A stretch of 59,042 nucleotides of DNA, the filler included. It is 7 parts of 7 records of this genome, joined end to end, with 100 filler letters (N's around TTAATTAATTAA, not from the genome) between each part and the next. Parts side by side here need not be neighbours in the genome. Positions count along the whole stretch, not along the records: positions 15,913 to 23,222 come from SRR31156797_41742; positions 23,323 to 31,050 come from SRR31156797_41778; positions 31,151 to 37,662 come from SRR31156797_41810; 4 more parts are not named here. The stretch is one strand, 5' to 3'. The translations under genes were made by a program, and so were the position numbers. Numbering within the stretch: position 1 is the first letter of the stretch; the number at the start of each line of letters is the position of its first letter. Of the stretch, positions 20,467 through 31,365 are shown piece after piece. The notes under the pieces are model-generated. The model did not search any database, was not told where the DNA came from, and was given only the letters and a program-made list of their open reading frames with translations.

Positions 20467-23222
20467 TTAAAAGTTAAGATTTAAACCTAACATGAATGAT
20501 CTTGCCTGAGGATAAGTACCCCTGTCCATACCAATATCAGCAGCAGATCCGCCAATTTCAGGATCCCATCCCCAGTATTTGGTGAAAGTGAACAAGTTGT
20601 TTGTACCTACATAAACACGTATTTTCTGGGCTCCTATTTTTGAAGAAACATATTCAGGAAATGTATACCCCAATTGAACTGTTTTTACCCTAAAATATGA
20701 AGCATCGTAAAGCAAATTAGCATGTGGGCGCTCATAGTTCCCATTGGTATCACCAATAGTCACGCGGCTATGTGTATTTGAAGTTCCTTCTCCATGCCAT
20801 CTGTCAAGAATATTTATAGGGTAGTTTCCGGTCGGGTAATCTACTCTGCGAACTGCATTGAACACTTTGTTTCCACCAGAACCCTGGCCAAAAACATACA
20901 AATCAAAGCCTTTGTAATCGAGCGAAGCAGTAAAACCATAAGTCCAGGTAGGCATGGAATTGGCAATAAATGTACGGTCCTGTTCAGTTATTGCACCATC
21001 ACTGTCTAAATCTACCCATTTGTAATCGCCGGGCTGTGCAGTTGGTTGCAACATATCGCCTGAATTATTTGTATAAGCCGCAACTTCTGCTTCATTTTGA
21101 AAAATACCATCGGTAACAAATCCATAGAATGAATTAAAAGGATTTCCCACCGAGCTTCTGGTAATTTCATAGGCACCTGCAAAAATAGAAGCCCCCTGAA
21201 TAAATTCAGTTTCACCCAAATCGGTTACTTCGTTCTTCACGTAAGAGGCATTTGCGCTAACATCGATATTTAGCTGTCCTAAACGGTTTTGGTATCCCAA
21301 TTCAAATTCAATTCCACGATTGAACATACTGGCAATATTACCTGTAGCCCGTTGGATTAATCCCATGTACTCTGGTGTTTGAATCGGCAACAACATTCCG
21401 GTTGTTTTTTTATCAAACCAGTCGAAAGTAAAACGGAAATCATTCAAAATAGTCGTTTCAATACCAAAATTCAACTGAGAAGTTTCTTCCCATTTTAAAT
21501 CGGGGTTAGCTGGCGCATCGGTATTGTTTCCAATATGATAACCATTGTATCCAAACGGATAATTCCTTCCGCTACTTACTGTAGAAACATATTTAAAATC
21601 GTCAATCTGGTCGGTTCCGGTTACCCCGTAAGAACCCCTGATTTTCATAAAATTGACAACTTCATTTTCGGGCCAGAAATCTTCCTGAGAAGGCACCCAT
21701 CCTAATGAGAATGATGGAAATACACCATACTTATTATTTGTACCAAAGCGTGAAGAACCATCACGGCGAAGAATTGCTGTTAACAGGTATTTTTCTTTAA
21801 AATTGTAAATAATACGGCCATATACCGAATTCAATTTATGTTCTATCCGTTCCGATCCTGTTCCAATTCTGTTGGTAGCAGCTACTGAAAAATTCATTGA
21901 AGCTTCGTCAAATGATGTTGCGGGAATATCGGAATAGGTTACTGAAATTTGATTACCAATATTATACACATAATTACCTGTACCAACCATGGCAGTTAAA
22001 TTGTGGTCGCCAAAACTTTTGATATATGAAACTATATTTTCCCAATTCCAGTTAAATACTGAACCATTGTTTCGCGAATAACTGGTAATATCATTTCTGC
22101 TTTGTGCGTTCAAATAATATATAGGAGTAAAACTTTCACTTCCGGTGAATTCCATGGTTGCCCCGAATGAAGAACGGATGGTCAGATCCTTTACAGGCTT
22201 TAATTCCAGGAAGAAATTAGATACAATATTATGCTGATAATTAAAATTCCCCAGGCTATTTTGAACAGAAGCAACCGGGTTAGCAAAAGCAATATATTCA
22301 GAAATTCCGTATGGATTTCCGTTGGCATCGCGAACAACATTAAAAGCACTGTATGGAGGAGCATTAGCCTCAGCAGGATCGGTTACCACCACAGGAATTA
22401 ATGGATCTATATTCGCTGCAGTATTTAATAATCCACCCGAACCAGCCAAATTCCTGATGTATGAATAACTTATTGATTCTCCTGCTTTAATCCAGTCGGC
22501 AATATTAAAGTCGGAGTTAATTCTGAAATTGAATCGTTTGTATTTGCTTATTTCAGATGCAACAATACCTTCCTGTTCGAAATAACCAAATGAAGTAAAG
22601 TAGGTATTCTTTTCACTACCACCAATAAGACTAAATTCATGATTTTGAACCATTGCACTGTTATTAAACAAAGCATTCTGCCAGTCGGTTCCTTTTCCAT
22701 ATGAACCTGAAGGAATTAATGGATCGAGCCCGCTGTTCGCTCTGGCTTCATTAATAATTGTGGTATATTGATCGGCATTTAACAAGTCTACCTTATTCCA
22801 TGGTGCCTGCACACCATAGTAGCCGTTGTAATTTACATTTAATGTACCCGACTTACCTCTTTTTGTTGTTACCAGAATAACACCTGCCGCAGCACGTGCA
22901 CCATAAATAGCAGCCGATGCCGCATCTTTTAATACCTCAATCGATTCTATATCACTTGGATTAATATAGTCGATGTTTGAATTTGAAACTTCAACCGGAA
23001 CACCATCTATAACATAAAGCGGGTCGCTATTGTTAATTGAAGTAGTACCTCTGATTCTCATAGTAGATGTAGCACCGGGTTCTCCTGAAGATGACATAAC
23101 AGTTAATCCAGATGTTCTTCCTTGAAGAGCTTGTTCAACCTTATAAACCGGCTTGTTTTCCAGTTCTTCTGCATTTGTTCCACTAATTGCACCGGTTACC
23201 ACACTTTTTTTCTGAACACCAT
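20467..23222 (-). CDS. SusC/RagA TonB-dependent transporter, 5'-truncated
   Basis: GVQKKSVVTGAIS at the edge, DIESIEVLKDAASAAIYG, RRDGSSRF, NPDLKWE, YPQAR. Confidence 0.95.
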
Positions 23223-23322
23223 NNNNNNNNNNNNNNNNNNNNNNNNNNNNNNNNNNNNNNNNNNNNTTAATTAATTAANNNNNNNNNNNNNNNNNNNNNN
23301 NNNNNNNNNNNNNNNNNNNNNN
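23223..23322. other. Artificial contig spacer
   Basis: N/TTAATTAATTAA/N. Confidence 0.97.
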
Positions 23323-23422
23323 AAAATCCCTCATTTCTGGACAGACACTATCGAGGAGTAAATTCCCCCGGATTCATCCCCCCTGCTTTTTTTACTGTTC
23401 CCTTATAAAAAACTTGGCGCCG

Positions 23423-23450
23423 CTTCACAAAAATGTCATACATTTGTCAC
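23423..23450 (+). promoter_or_regulatory. Pho-box-like (PhoB/OmpR) direct repeats
   Basis: CTTCAC(23423), TGTCAT(23434), TGTCAC(23445) at exact 11-bp period, about 50 nt before the binding-protein start. Confidence 0.55.
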
Positions 23451-23502
23451 AGACTTGCAACACTTTAACCAGCCCCGCCAAGGAGGCTACTGGAGGTGAA
23501 AG

Positions 23503-24501
23503 ATGAAGAAATTTCTTGTAGTTTTAATGGTTTTATTAACAGCCTCTTTTGCTTACGCCGCTGATAAGGATTTGGCCGCCAAGGCGAAACAGGAAGGCAA
23601 GGCGACTTTTTACGCCAACATCACCGGCGTTAAGCCCATTATGGAAGACTTCAACAAAACCTATGGCCTGGAAGGGCAATATACCAGGATTTCCACCTCC
23701 AAATTCCTGGCCACGGTGCTTACGGAATTTCAGGCCGGGAAGTTAATGGCCGACGTTCTTCAGGCGCCCTTGCCGATCATGCAGCTTTTAAAGGAGAAAG
23801 GCGTTTTCACGCCATACAGCGCTCCCGGCGCCGCCGCATACCCCGAATGGACCCGCCAGGACGACCAGATTCAAGTATTCGGCATCGAATATGTCGCCCT
23901 GATCTACAACAAGGAACTTGTCAAGGCTGAGGACGTCCCCAAGCGTTATGAAGATCTGACCGATCCCAAATGGAAAGGTAAGATCGTCATGGCCAATCCT
24001 GCATCCCACGCTACCACCATTTCCTGGCTGGTGGGTCTTAAGGAAAAGGTATTCAAATCAGAAGAAGCATGGATGAAATTCCTCAAAGGGCTGGCGGCCA
24101 ATGACCCCATGTTCGTCCGCTCCTTCGGCCCCACGCCCGCGCCCATTGCCAGCGGTGAAAAGGCTATCGGCATATCCATGCCCAAATACATCATCACCAA
24201 GGCTCCGGCGCCCCTGGATTGGGCCCGGGTGGAACAACCTTTACTGGGCACTCCCAGGGGCATCGCCATCAGCGCCAAGGCGCCCAACCCGGCCGCGGCC
24301 AAATTATTCGTGGATTACTGGCTCGGGAAACAGGCCATGCAGAACCTGTGCAACAAAGTCGGCGAATACGTTCTTCACCCCGGCGTGTACCCGCCCATTG
24401 ACGGCATAGACAAAGCCGAAGTCCTGCCCGTCCGGATTCTGTCCGATACAGAAATCCGCCAGTACGGCGACAAGTTTAAAACCATTTTCGAATCAAAGTA
24501 A
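23503..24501 (+). CDS. ABC substrate-binding protein (FbpA/AfuA/PhnS-like)
   Basis: Signal peptide, YNKELV...P..YEDLTDPKWKGKI, APNPAAAKLFVDY. Confidence 0.85.
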   Translation: MKKFLVVLMVLLTASFAYAADKDLAAKAKQEGKATFYANITGVKPIMEDFNKTYGLEGQYTRISTSKFLATVLTEFQAGKLMADVLQAPLPIMQLLKEKGVFTPYSAPGAAAYPEWTRQDDQIQVFGIEYVALIYNKELVKAEDVPKRYEDLTDPKWKGKIVMANPASHATTISWLVGLKEKVFKSEEAWMKFLKGLAANDPMFVRSFGPTPAPIASGEKAIGISMPKYIITKAPAPLDWARVEQPLLGTPRGIAISAKAPNPAAAKLFVDYWLGKQAMQNLCNKVGEYVLHPGVYPPIDGIDKAEVLPVRILSDTEIRQYGDKFKTIFESK

Positions 24502-24691
24502 GCGCATCGGCGCCCATGAACATAAAAGCTTCCGGCGATTTGCCGGGAGCCGTCATGGGCGGCCGGCATAAAACCGGATTTGTTCGACTAACACCAAAGG
24601 GAACCGCGGCGCGGAGTTTTTTTCCAGCCGAGGAAAAAAATCTCCCCGCTGTTCCATGGATATTCAGTTTCAGTGTATTGGAAAACCGAGC

Positions 24692-25780
24692 ATGGAAATC
24701 AGGATAAAAGGCCTTTGTAAATATTACTATTCGGAGGGCCGTCGCATCGAGGCCCTTTCGAATGTGGACCTCGTCATACCCGCGAACAAGATATTCACTC
24801 TTCTGGGGCCGAGCGGCTGCGGTAAAACCACTCTGCTTCGTTGCATCGTGGGGCTTGAAACGCCGGATGCCGGAGAGATAATCATCGGCGATGAAGTAGT
24901 GTGGTCTTTGGAAAAAGACGTTTACATCCCCACTGAAAAACGGGGCTTGAGCATGGTCTTCCAGACCTACGCCATCTGGCCGCATATGACGGTGTTCGAC
25001 AATGTGGCCTACCCTCTCCAGACAAGAGGACTTCCCAAGAACGAGATCGCGAAAAAAGTGGAAAAGACTCTGAGGTTCGTTCAACTGGAAGGTTTTGGGA
25101 AGCGGCCTGCCACCAAGCTGAGCGGCGGTCAGCAACAGCGGGTGGCCCTGGCCCGCGCCCTGGCGCCCGAACCCAAGGTCATCCTTTTCGACGAACCGCT
25201 CAGCAACCTGGACGCCAAGTTGAGGGAGGAGACCCGCAAGGAGCTTCGCACCTTTCTGACCGATCTCCGGATTACGGCTGTATATGTGACCCACGACCGC
25301 TTGGAGGCGCTATCTCTTTCAGATACCGTTGCGGTTATGAAAGACGGCCAGGTTGTGGAGAAAGGAGCGCCAAGGGAGATCTATTTCGATTCCGATCACC
25401 GGTTTGTAGCCGATTTTATTGGAAGGGCGAACCTGATCAAAGGGGCGACTACAGCCGCCGAGGGAGAATTCACCCGGGTAGACTCCGAAATAGGCATAAT
25501 TCATTGCCGCCGCCGGGACGACCTGGCGCCCGGCGAGACTGTGCGCGTGTGCGTCCGCCCGGAATTCATCACCGTGACCGGATATGATCCGGAAACGGGT
25601 CCGAACGCCTTTAGCGGCATTTTGGAATCAATGGTTTTTGTCGGGGATGCGTACGAGGCGGAAGTTCGCGTTGGGGATGCTTCCATGATCACCAGGGTAG
25701 AGCCTGATTCGAGCTTGACTGAAGGCGACCAGGTCTATTTGCATTTCAAACCCGAACACTGCACGGCGATGCTGAAATGA
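24692..25780 (+). CDS. ABC ATPase (FbpC/PotA-like, TOBE domain)
   Basis: GPSGCGKTT, LSGGQQQR, LFDEPLSNLD. Start taken at MEIRIK. Confidence 0.92.
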   Translation: MEIRIKGLCKYYYSEGRRIEALSNVDLVIPANKIFTLLGPSGCGKTTLLRCIVGLETPDAGEIIIGDEVVWSLEKDVYIPTEKRGLSMVFQTYAIWPHMTVFDNVAYPLQTRGLPKNEIAKKVEKTLRFVQLEGFGKRPATKLSGGQQQRVALARALAPEPKVILFDEPLSNLDAKLREETRKELRTFLTDLRITAVYVTHDRLEALSLSDTVAVMKDGQVVEKGAPREIYFDSDHRFVADFIGRANLIKGATTAAEGEFTRVDSEIGIIHCRRRDDLAPGETVRVCVRPEFITVTGYDPETGPNAFSGILESMVFVGDAYEAEVRVGDASMITRVEPDSSLTEGDQVYLHFKPEHCTAMLK

Positions 25781-27465
25781 AATCGGGAAAAGCGCTCACC
25801 CCATCATTGATTGTAATTGTCGGCTTCCTGACCGTCTGTCCGGTGGTCATGTTGATTATCGGCAGTTTTTCCGAGGGCCTTAGCACATTCGGTAGTTTCA
25901 CCGTTGCAAAATACGTCACGGCCTATACCGATCCAGCCTTGCTGGGCATCATATACAACACGGCGGTATTTACGGTCGGTTCGGCTCTTCTGGCCACCAG
26001 CCTGGCCCTGTTTCTCGCTTATTTGAACACCCGGACGAATATTCCTTTTAAATCCATATTCAGGATCATTTCCATCATTCCGATGATGATCCCCCATATC
26101 CTTTTTTCCGTCAGTTGGGTGCTGCTGCTCAACCCGTCCAACGGCATTATCAACCGCTTTCTGCAGCAAACATTCGCCCTGGACGGTGCGCTGTTCAACA
26201 TCTACACGCTGCAGGGCATGATACTGGTGGAGGCGCTGCTGGATCTGCCGATCGCCTATCTGATCATTGCTCCGGCCATGTCCGCCTTTGACGTGTCACT
26301 GGAGGAGTCCTCCCGCGTCTGCGGCGCATCGAACTTCAGGACTTTAACCCGCGTCACGCTCCCGGTGCTGAGGCCGGCGATTCTGGCTTCAGTCATCCTG
26401 GTTGTAGTTCGCAGCCTGGCCTCATTCGCTGTTCCATCCGTGATCGGCATGCCCGGCCGGATTTATGTTCTGGCCACCCATATCTACCGGATAATCGCCA
26501 CCGGTTTTGCCGCGGATTTTGGCATGGCGGCCGCCGTGGGCATGAGCGTTTTAGCCACATCCATCGTCCTGATCTTTGTTTATCGCCGCCTGACATCGGA
26601 AAGCGAAAAGTTTGTTACTATCTCCAGCCGGGGATACAAACCCACGGTCATCGACTTGAAAAAAGCCAAATATCCTCTGTTGACCGTGGTCGCGGCCATC
26701 TCTTTCGTGCTGATCATCCTGCCGGTGGCGGTCTTGTTTTACACTTCCCTTCTACCCTACATCATGGTTCCCGGGGCCAAGGCTTTTTCCATGTTAACCT
26801 GGAATAACTGGGCCGAGGTCCTGAACGATCCAATTTCTTTGTTGTCACTTAAAAACAGCGTCATTCTCGGCGTGGGCGGGGCCACCCTGGGGATTATTCT
26901 GTCAATATTCGTTTCTTACGTCATTGTTAAAATCCGCACCGCCGGCTCAGGGGTGTTGGAGTCCCTGAGCTTCCTCTCCTTCTCATTTCCGGGAATCGTG
27001 GTCGGCGTAGGCTTCATGTGGTTTTTCGTCCAGACGCCTCTATATGCAACGATCTGGTCCCTTCTAATCGGGTATATCGCCACGTACCTCCCGTACGGCA
27101 TTCGCCCTTTGTCCAGTGCTTTCGTGCAGATTCACAGCCACCTGGAGGAGTCGTCCAGGGTCTGTGGAGCGGGATTGTTATATACGCTCAGACGCATAGT
27201 CATCCCCCTGCTCATACCGGGAGTGGTTTCCGGCTGGATCCTGATGGCCACCATGTTCGTTAGAGAGCTGACCCTGTCGGTGGTGCTTTCCAGGCCGGGC
27301 ACGGAAGTCCTGGCGGTGCAGATTTTCCGCTTTGCGGAAGACGGCATGTGGGGGCAGCTTTCAGCCCTGGGGATAATCATGATTTTTATCTCTACAACCC
27401 TGGTGATTATCGCTTCCGCCGTGGGGAAATGGTTTACCAAAATGGAAAAAATAAACGGGGCTTAA
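25777..27465 (+). CDS. ABC permease (FbpB-like, two fused TM modules)
   Basis: Two EAA-like loops LEESSRVCGA; hydrophobic throughout. Confidence 0.9.
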   Translation: MKSGKALTPSLIVIVGFLTVCPVVMLIIGSFSEGLSTFGSFTVAKYVTAYTDPALLGIIYNTAVFTVGSALLATSLALFLAYLNTRTNIPFKSIFRIISIIPMMIPHILFSVSWVLLLNPSNGIINRFLQQTFALDGALFNIYTLQGMILVEALLDLPIAYLIIAPAMSAFDVSLEESSRVCGASNFRTLTRVTLPVLRPAILASVILVVVRSLASFAVPSVIGMPGRIYVLATHIYRIIATGFAADFGMAAAVGMSVLATSIVLIFVYRRLTSESEKFVTISSRGYKPTVIDLKKAKYPLLTVVAAISFVLIILPVAVLFYTSLLPYIMVPGAKAFSMLTWNNWAEVLNDPISLLSLKNSVILGVGGATLGIILSIFVSYVIVKIRTAGSGVLESLSFLSFSFPGIVVGVGFMWFFVQTPLYATIWSLLIGYIATYLPYGIRPLSSAFVQIHSHLEESSRVCGAGLLYTLRRIVIPLLIPGVVSGWILMATMFVRELTLSVVLSRPGTEVLAVQIFRFAEDGMWGQLSALGIIMIFISTTLVIIASAVGKWFTKMEKINGA

Positions 27466-27532
27466 AAAGGGGGCAGGAGCCTAAAAAAACAATTGAATCC
27501 GGATAGCACGGCCGTCAGGCGGAAAGTGAGAG

Positions 27533-27561
27533 TTGACAACCCGAATCCATGGACCTACACT
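27533..27561 (+). promoter_or_regulatory. sigma70-type promoter upstream of the ThuA cluster
   Basis: TTGACA-N17-TACACT. Confidence 0.55.
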
Positions 27562-27645
27562 GGACTTCAAATTCTATGAATGGTACGGAAAATCCGTTTT
27601 TCATCAAGCCGATCTTAAATTTGAGCCTGAATTCATGGAAACGGT

Positions 27646-28284
27646 ATGCCGGAAAATCACCTTAATATTCTGGAAATATCAACCGGACTGATTCATCCAA
27701 GTTTACCGGCGCGGATGATTCTGCACAGGATTCTCGACATCCTGCCTGCCGCCAACATTACCCGGTCGTCCAGTATCGAAGCTGCCCGACAACTGTCCCT
27801 CGATCGGTTTCATTCGGTTGTGATCTATCTTCACCGCAAAAAAATCTCCGCATCGGCGCTTCGGGCGCTCGACAGGTTTGTGGCTGAAGGTGGAGGCCTT
27901 TTGGCAATACACTCGGCCACTGCCTCCTTTAAAACATCAGACAAGTATTTCGATTTATTAGGCGGCAGATTCGTTGGCCACGACCCGGTGATGGAATTTG
28001 AAATCATTCCCCGAAATCTGCCGGAATCCCCCTTTTCCACAGGGTCGCCCTTTACGGTAAGGGATGAACTATATATTCATGAAATAAAAAACGACATAAC
28101 AGTCCACCATCATTCCGTGTTCAAGGGAAATAAAGAGCCCGTGGTTTGGACCAGGCGGCATCACCAGGGACGGGTCTGTTACCTGGAGCCGGGGCACTGC
28201 GCCTCATCCTTGAAACACCCGGAAATGGTAAAGCTGGTGAAAGAAGGACTGGCTTGGGTAAGTAAACCCGGAGAAGAAAAATGA
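27646..28284 (+). CDS. ThuA-like domain protein
   Basis: FVAEGGGLLAIHSA, GGRFVGH, DELY, PVVWTR..GRVCY..PGH. Confidence 0.85.
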   Translation: MPENHLNILEISTGLIHPSLPARMILHRILDILPAANITRSSSIEAARQLSLDRFHSVVIYLHRKKISASALRALDRFVAEGGGLLAIHSATASFKTSDKYFDLLGGRFVGHDPVMEFEIIPRNLPESPFSTGSPFTVRDELYIHEIKNDITVHHHSVFKGNKEPVVWTRRHHQGRVCYLEPGHCASSLKHPEMVKLVKEGLAWVSKPGEEK

Positions 28285-29315
28285 CCGCCGATGCGCGCCT
28301 TCGCTTCGGTATCGTCGGTTGCGGCGATATAGCCAGGTTTATGGCGTTTGCAGGATGGTTGAACCGGGGAATAAAAATCGAGGCATGCGTCGATCTCGAC
28401 GGAGGTCGGGCGGCTTCATTTGCCAGGCGTTTTCGAATTCCAGCCCATTTTACTGATTACCAACGAATGCTGGAGACTGTTCCTCTTGATGCTGTCTATC
28501 TGGCCGTGCCGCACCACTTGCATCATCCAATGATTCTTCAAGCTCTTGACCGGGGTAACCATGTTTTTTGCGAGAAGCCGGTCACCATCAACCTTGACCA
28601 GGCCCTTGATATCTGTAGAAAGGTCAAGGAGACCTGTTTAAAAGTCGGGGTCAATTATCAGTATCGGTATGATTCCGGCTGTCATGCCCTGGCCCGGGCG
28701 TCGCTAAAAGGAGAGCTTGGCCGGGTTTACTATAGCCGGTGCAATGTTTCGTGGCGCCGAACCGATGAATATTTCACTTCGTGCACCTGGCACGCCGAGC
28801 GGGAAAAAGCCGGGGGCGGAACTCTGATAACCCAGGCCAGCCATGCCCTGGACATCCTTCTTTGGGCCTCGCCGGCCCAACCTGCATCGGTCTTTGGAAT
28901 TGTAGATCAATGCAAGTTCACTGACGTCGAAGTGGAAGACCTTTGCCTGGCCATAGTCGAGATGTCTGACGGCAGCAAGGTTCAATTGGCCGGTTCCATG
29001 TCAGCCGCCCATGAACTCCCGGTTACGTTGGAAGTGTACGGCAGCCGGGCCACCGGATTATATAAAGGGCCCATGTGGCCGCGGGTTAAATTCAAAGGCG
29101 CCAAAGTTAAAAAATCAAGACCGCCGATCAAAGGAGTACATGCACTCACACGCAGCCTCGAAGGCTTCCGGCGCTGGGTGGTTGACGGCCTGCCGTACCT
29201 GACGCCGGTTGAAGAATCAATGCCTGTTCTGGCCGTGGTGGAAGCCGCCTATAAGTCAGCCGCAACCGGCTGCAAGGAGGAGGTAGACGACCGTTTTATC
29301 GAATTTCTTGAATAG
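28281..29315 (+). CDS. Gfo/Idh/MocA NAD(P)-dependent oxidoreductase
   Basis: GIVGCGDIA, HVFCEKP, GGGTLITQASHALD. Confidence 0.88.
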   Translation: MTADARLRFGIVGCGDIARFMAFAGWLNRGIKIEACVDLDGGRAASFARRFRIPAHFTDYQRMLETVPLDAVYLAVPHHLHHPMILQALDRGNHVFCEKPVTINLDQALDICRKVKETCLKVGVNYQYRYDSGCHALARASLKGELGRVYYSRCNVSWRRTDEYFTSCTWHAEREKAGGGTLITQASHALDILLWASPAQPASVFGIVDQCKFTDVEVEDLCLAIVEMSDGSKVQLAGSMSAAHELPVTLEVYGSRATGLYKGPMWPRVKFKGAKVKKSRPPIKGVHALTRSLEGFRRWVVDGLPYLTPVEESMPVLAVVEAAYKSAATGCKEEVDDRFIEFLE

Positions 29316-29341
29316 TGTATGTTCGGGGAAATGGAGGTATA

Positions 29342-30805
29342 ATGACTGAAACCATACAAGGCGAAAGTAAACTGCCTCTTAAAACAAAACTGGGCTTTGG
29401 CGCAGGCGATATTTTCGGAGGCGGCGCCTTGGTGGTTGTGGGATTCTATTACCTCTACTTCCTCACAGACGTCATACGCATCAATCCGGCTCTGGCCGGC
29501 ATTGTTTTTCTGGTCAGCAAGGCCTGGGACGCAGTGAGCGACCCGCTCATGGGTATAATATCCGATCGAACCCGGACGCGCTGGGGACGTCGGCGTCCTT
29601 ATTTTCTTATCGGTGTGATCCTGGTTTTTATATCCTTTTTCCTTATGTGGCGGCCGGTAAATTACGATCGTGAAATTTATAGATTCGCCTATGCCTTGTT
29701 CGCCTATATATTTTATTCCACGGTTTATACGCTGGTATGGATTCCATATAACGCATTGTCGTCCGAACTGACCCTTGATTATGACGAGCGAACCTCCCTT
29801 TCTTCTTACCGCATTTTCTTTTCCACTCTGTCCAGCATAGTCTGCGCTGTGGCCCCCCTGGAAATCGTTAAAATATTCAATGACAAAACAACGGGATATA
29901 CGGCGATGGGCCTTATTTTGGGCGTATTTTTCGCCCTCCCCTACCTGGCCGTGTTTTTTACCACAAAAGAGAGGGTGGAATTCAGGCCGGTCAGTGAAAA
30001 ACCCTCCCTTAAGACATTTACAGCCCCCTTCAAAATCAAGGCTTTCCGTCGGGTCCTGGGCATGTATCTTTTCGCTTTCGTGGCCATGGATACTCTAATG
30101 ACCATCGTCATATATTTCATGACCTATTACATCCTTCAAGGCGATCAGACCAATTACGTTTTAGGGACCATGCTGGTGGTGCAAATTATATCAATTCCCT
30201 TCTATTATAAGCTCAGCAAAAGAACCAGTAAGAAGGCCGGGTACATGACAGCCGCCTGCATCTGGTGCATCGCCATGCTGTTCAGCCTTTTCCTCGGCCC
30301 CGGGCTGCCGGTGTTCCTGGTCTATTTATTCTCCGCCTTTATCGGCTCCGGCACTGGAGGGATTATTGTGATGATCTTTTCCATCCTGCCCGACATACCC
30401 GACATAGATGAACTAAACACGTCCCAGCGTCAGGAAGGCGTGTATTCCGGACTGTTCACCTTCATGAGAAAATTAAGCTCGGCCCTGGCCATTTTCATTA
30501 TTTCAAACGCTATCATGCTGGCCGGTTATAAAGCGCCCATCGAACAGACTGTTGAAGGCGTCACACAGGTTGTTAAGCAGACTCAATCAGACGAATTCAT
30601 CCTGGTCCTGCGCCTGGTCTTCGCCTTTCTGCCCTTTACTTTTTTGATTATCGGGCTGATGTTCGCCAGGCGCTACCCGTTGAGCCATGAAGTCCACGCC
30701 CGCCTGCGAGGATATTTGGAAAAAAAGCGGGCCGGAATCGAACCGGATGAAGAGATGATAAAAGACGAAGCTGATTTGAAGTCCATATTAATCGGCCAAC
30801 CTTGA
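29342..30805 (+). CDS. GPH-family (MelB-like) MFS sugar:cation symporter
   Basis: WDAVSDPLMGIISDRTRTRWGRRRPY, PY.ALSSELT.DYDERT, EGVYSG...RK; GGAGG RBS before ATG 29342. Confidence 0.9.
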   Translation: MTETIQGESKLPLKTKLGFGAGDIFGGGALVVVGFYYLYFLTDVIRINPALAGIVFLVSKAWDAVSDPLMGIISDRTRTRWGRRRPYFLIGVILVFISFFLMWRPVNYDREIYRFAYALFAYIFYSTVYTLVWIPYNALSSELTLDYDERTSLSSYRIFFSTLSSIVCAVAPLEIVKIFNDKTTGYTAMGLILGVFFALPYLAVFFTTKERVEFRPVSEKPSLKTFTAPFKIKAFRRVLGMYLFAFVAMDTLMTIVIYFMTYYILQGDQTNYVLGTMLVVQIISIPFYYKLSKRTSKKAGYMTAACIWCIAMLFSLFLGPGLPVFLVYLFSAFIGSGTGGIIVMIFSILPDIPDIDELNTSQRQEGVYSGLFTFMRKLSSALAIFIISNAIMLAGYKAPIEQTVEGVTQVVKQTQSDEFILVLRLVFAFLPFTFLIIGLMFARRYPLSHEVHARLRGYLEKKRAGIEPDEEMIKDEADLKSILIGQP

Positions 30806-31050
30806 TGTAAAATAAAGCAAGCCTTCGCTAAATATGGCATTTGGGTAATATATCCGTGGGCAGCCGGTTTACCAAAATGAAAAAAATAGAGGCTGACTTC
30901 CCAATTGTATAACAGAGCAAGGCTCCATGGTCTCCGCGTTTTTGGACTGGCTCTCATATTTCAGCTTGAAGGCCTTTTGCTGATTGTAGCAGTTATAGTG
31001 GTTCTCAAAAGTATTGCCCTATTAACCAGGGCATAAGAAGGGCACGGCGC

Positions 31051-31150
31051 NNNNNNNNNNNNNNNNNNNNNNNNNNNNNNNNNNNNNNNNNNNNTTAATT
31101 AATTAANNNNNNNNNNNNNNNNNNNNNNNNNNNNNNNNNNNNNNNNNNNN
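31051..31150. other. Artificial contig spacer
   Basis: N/TTAATTAATTAA/N. Confidence 0.97.
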
Positions 31151-31365
31151 CCTTAAACCCTTTCGGATGAGGTTTCACACCCTGCAACATGATCAATAAA
31201 CTTTCTACCATAATTCACAGGTCCTGTAAATAATAAATACAATATGATGTGATAGAAAAATTTTTAATGCCAAGATGTAGTGCAGTTTCTTTTCATTTTG
31301 GAATGATGTTGACATATTCCCGGCAAAATCCCTATTATCGGGTACCAACATAATGGAGTGATACC

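Noticed and set aside
30810-31050. Possible membrane-protein fragment after the GPH transporter
   Set aside because: Interrupted by stops, no clear start or family motif.
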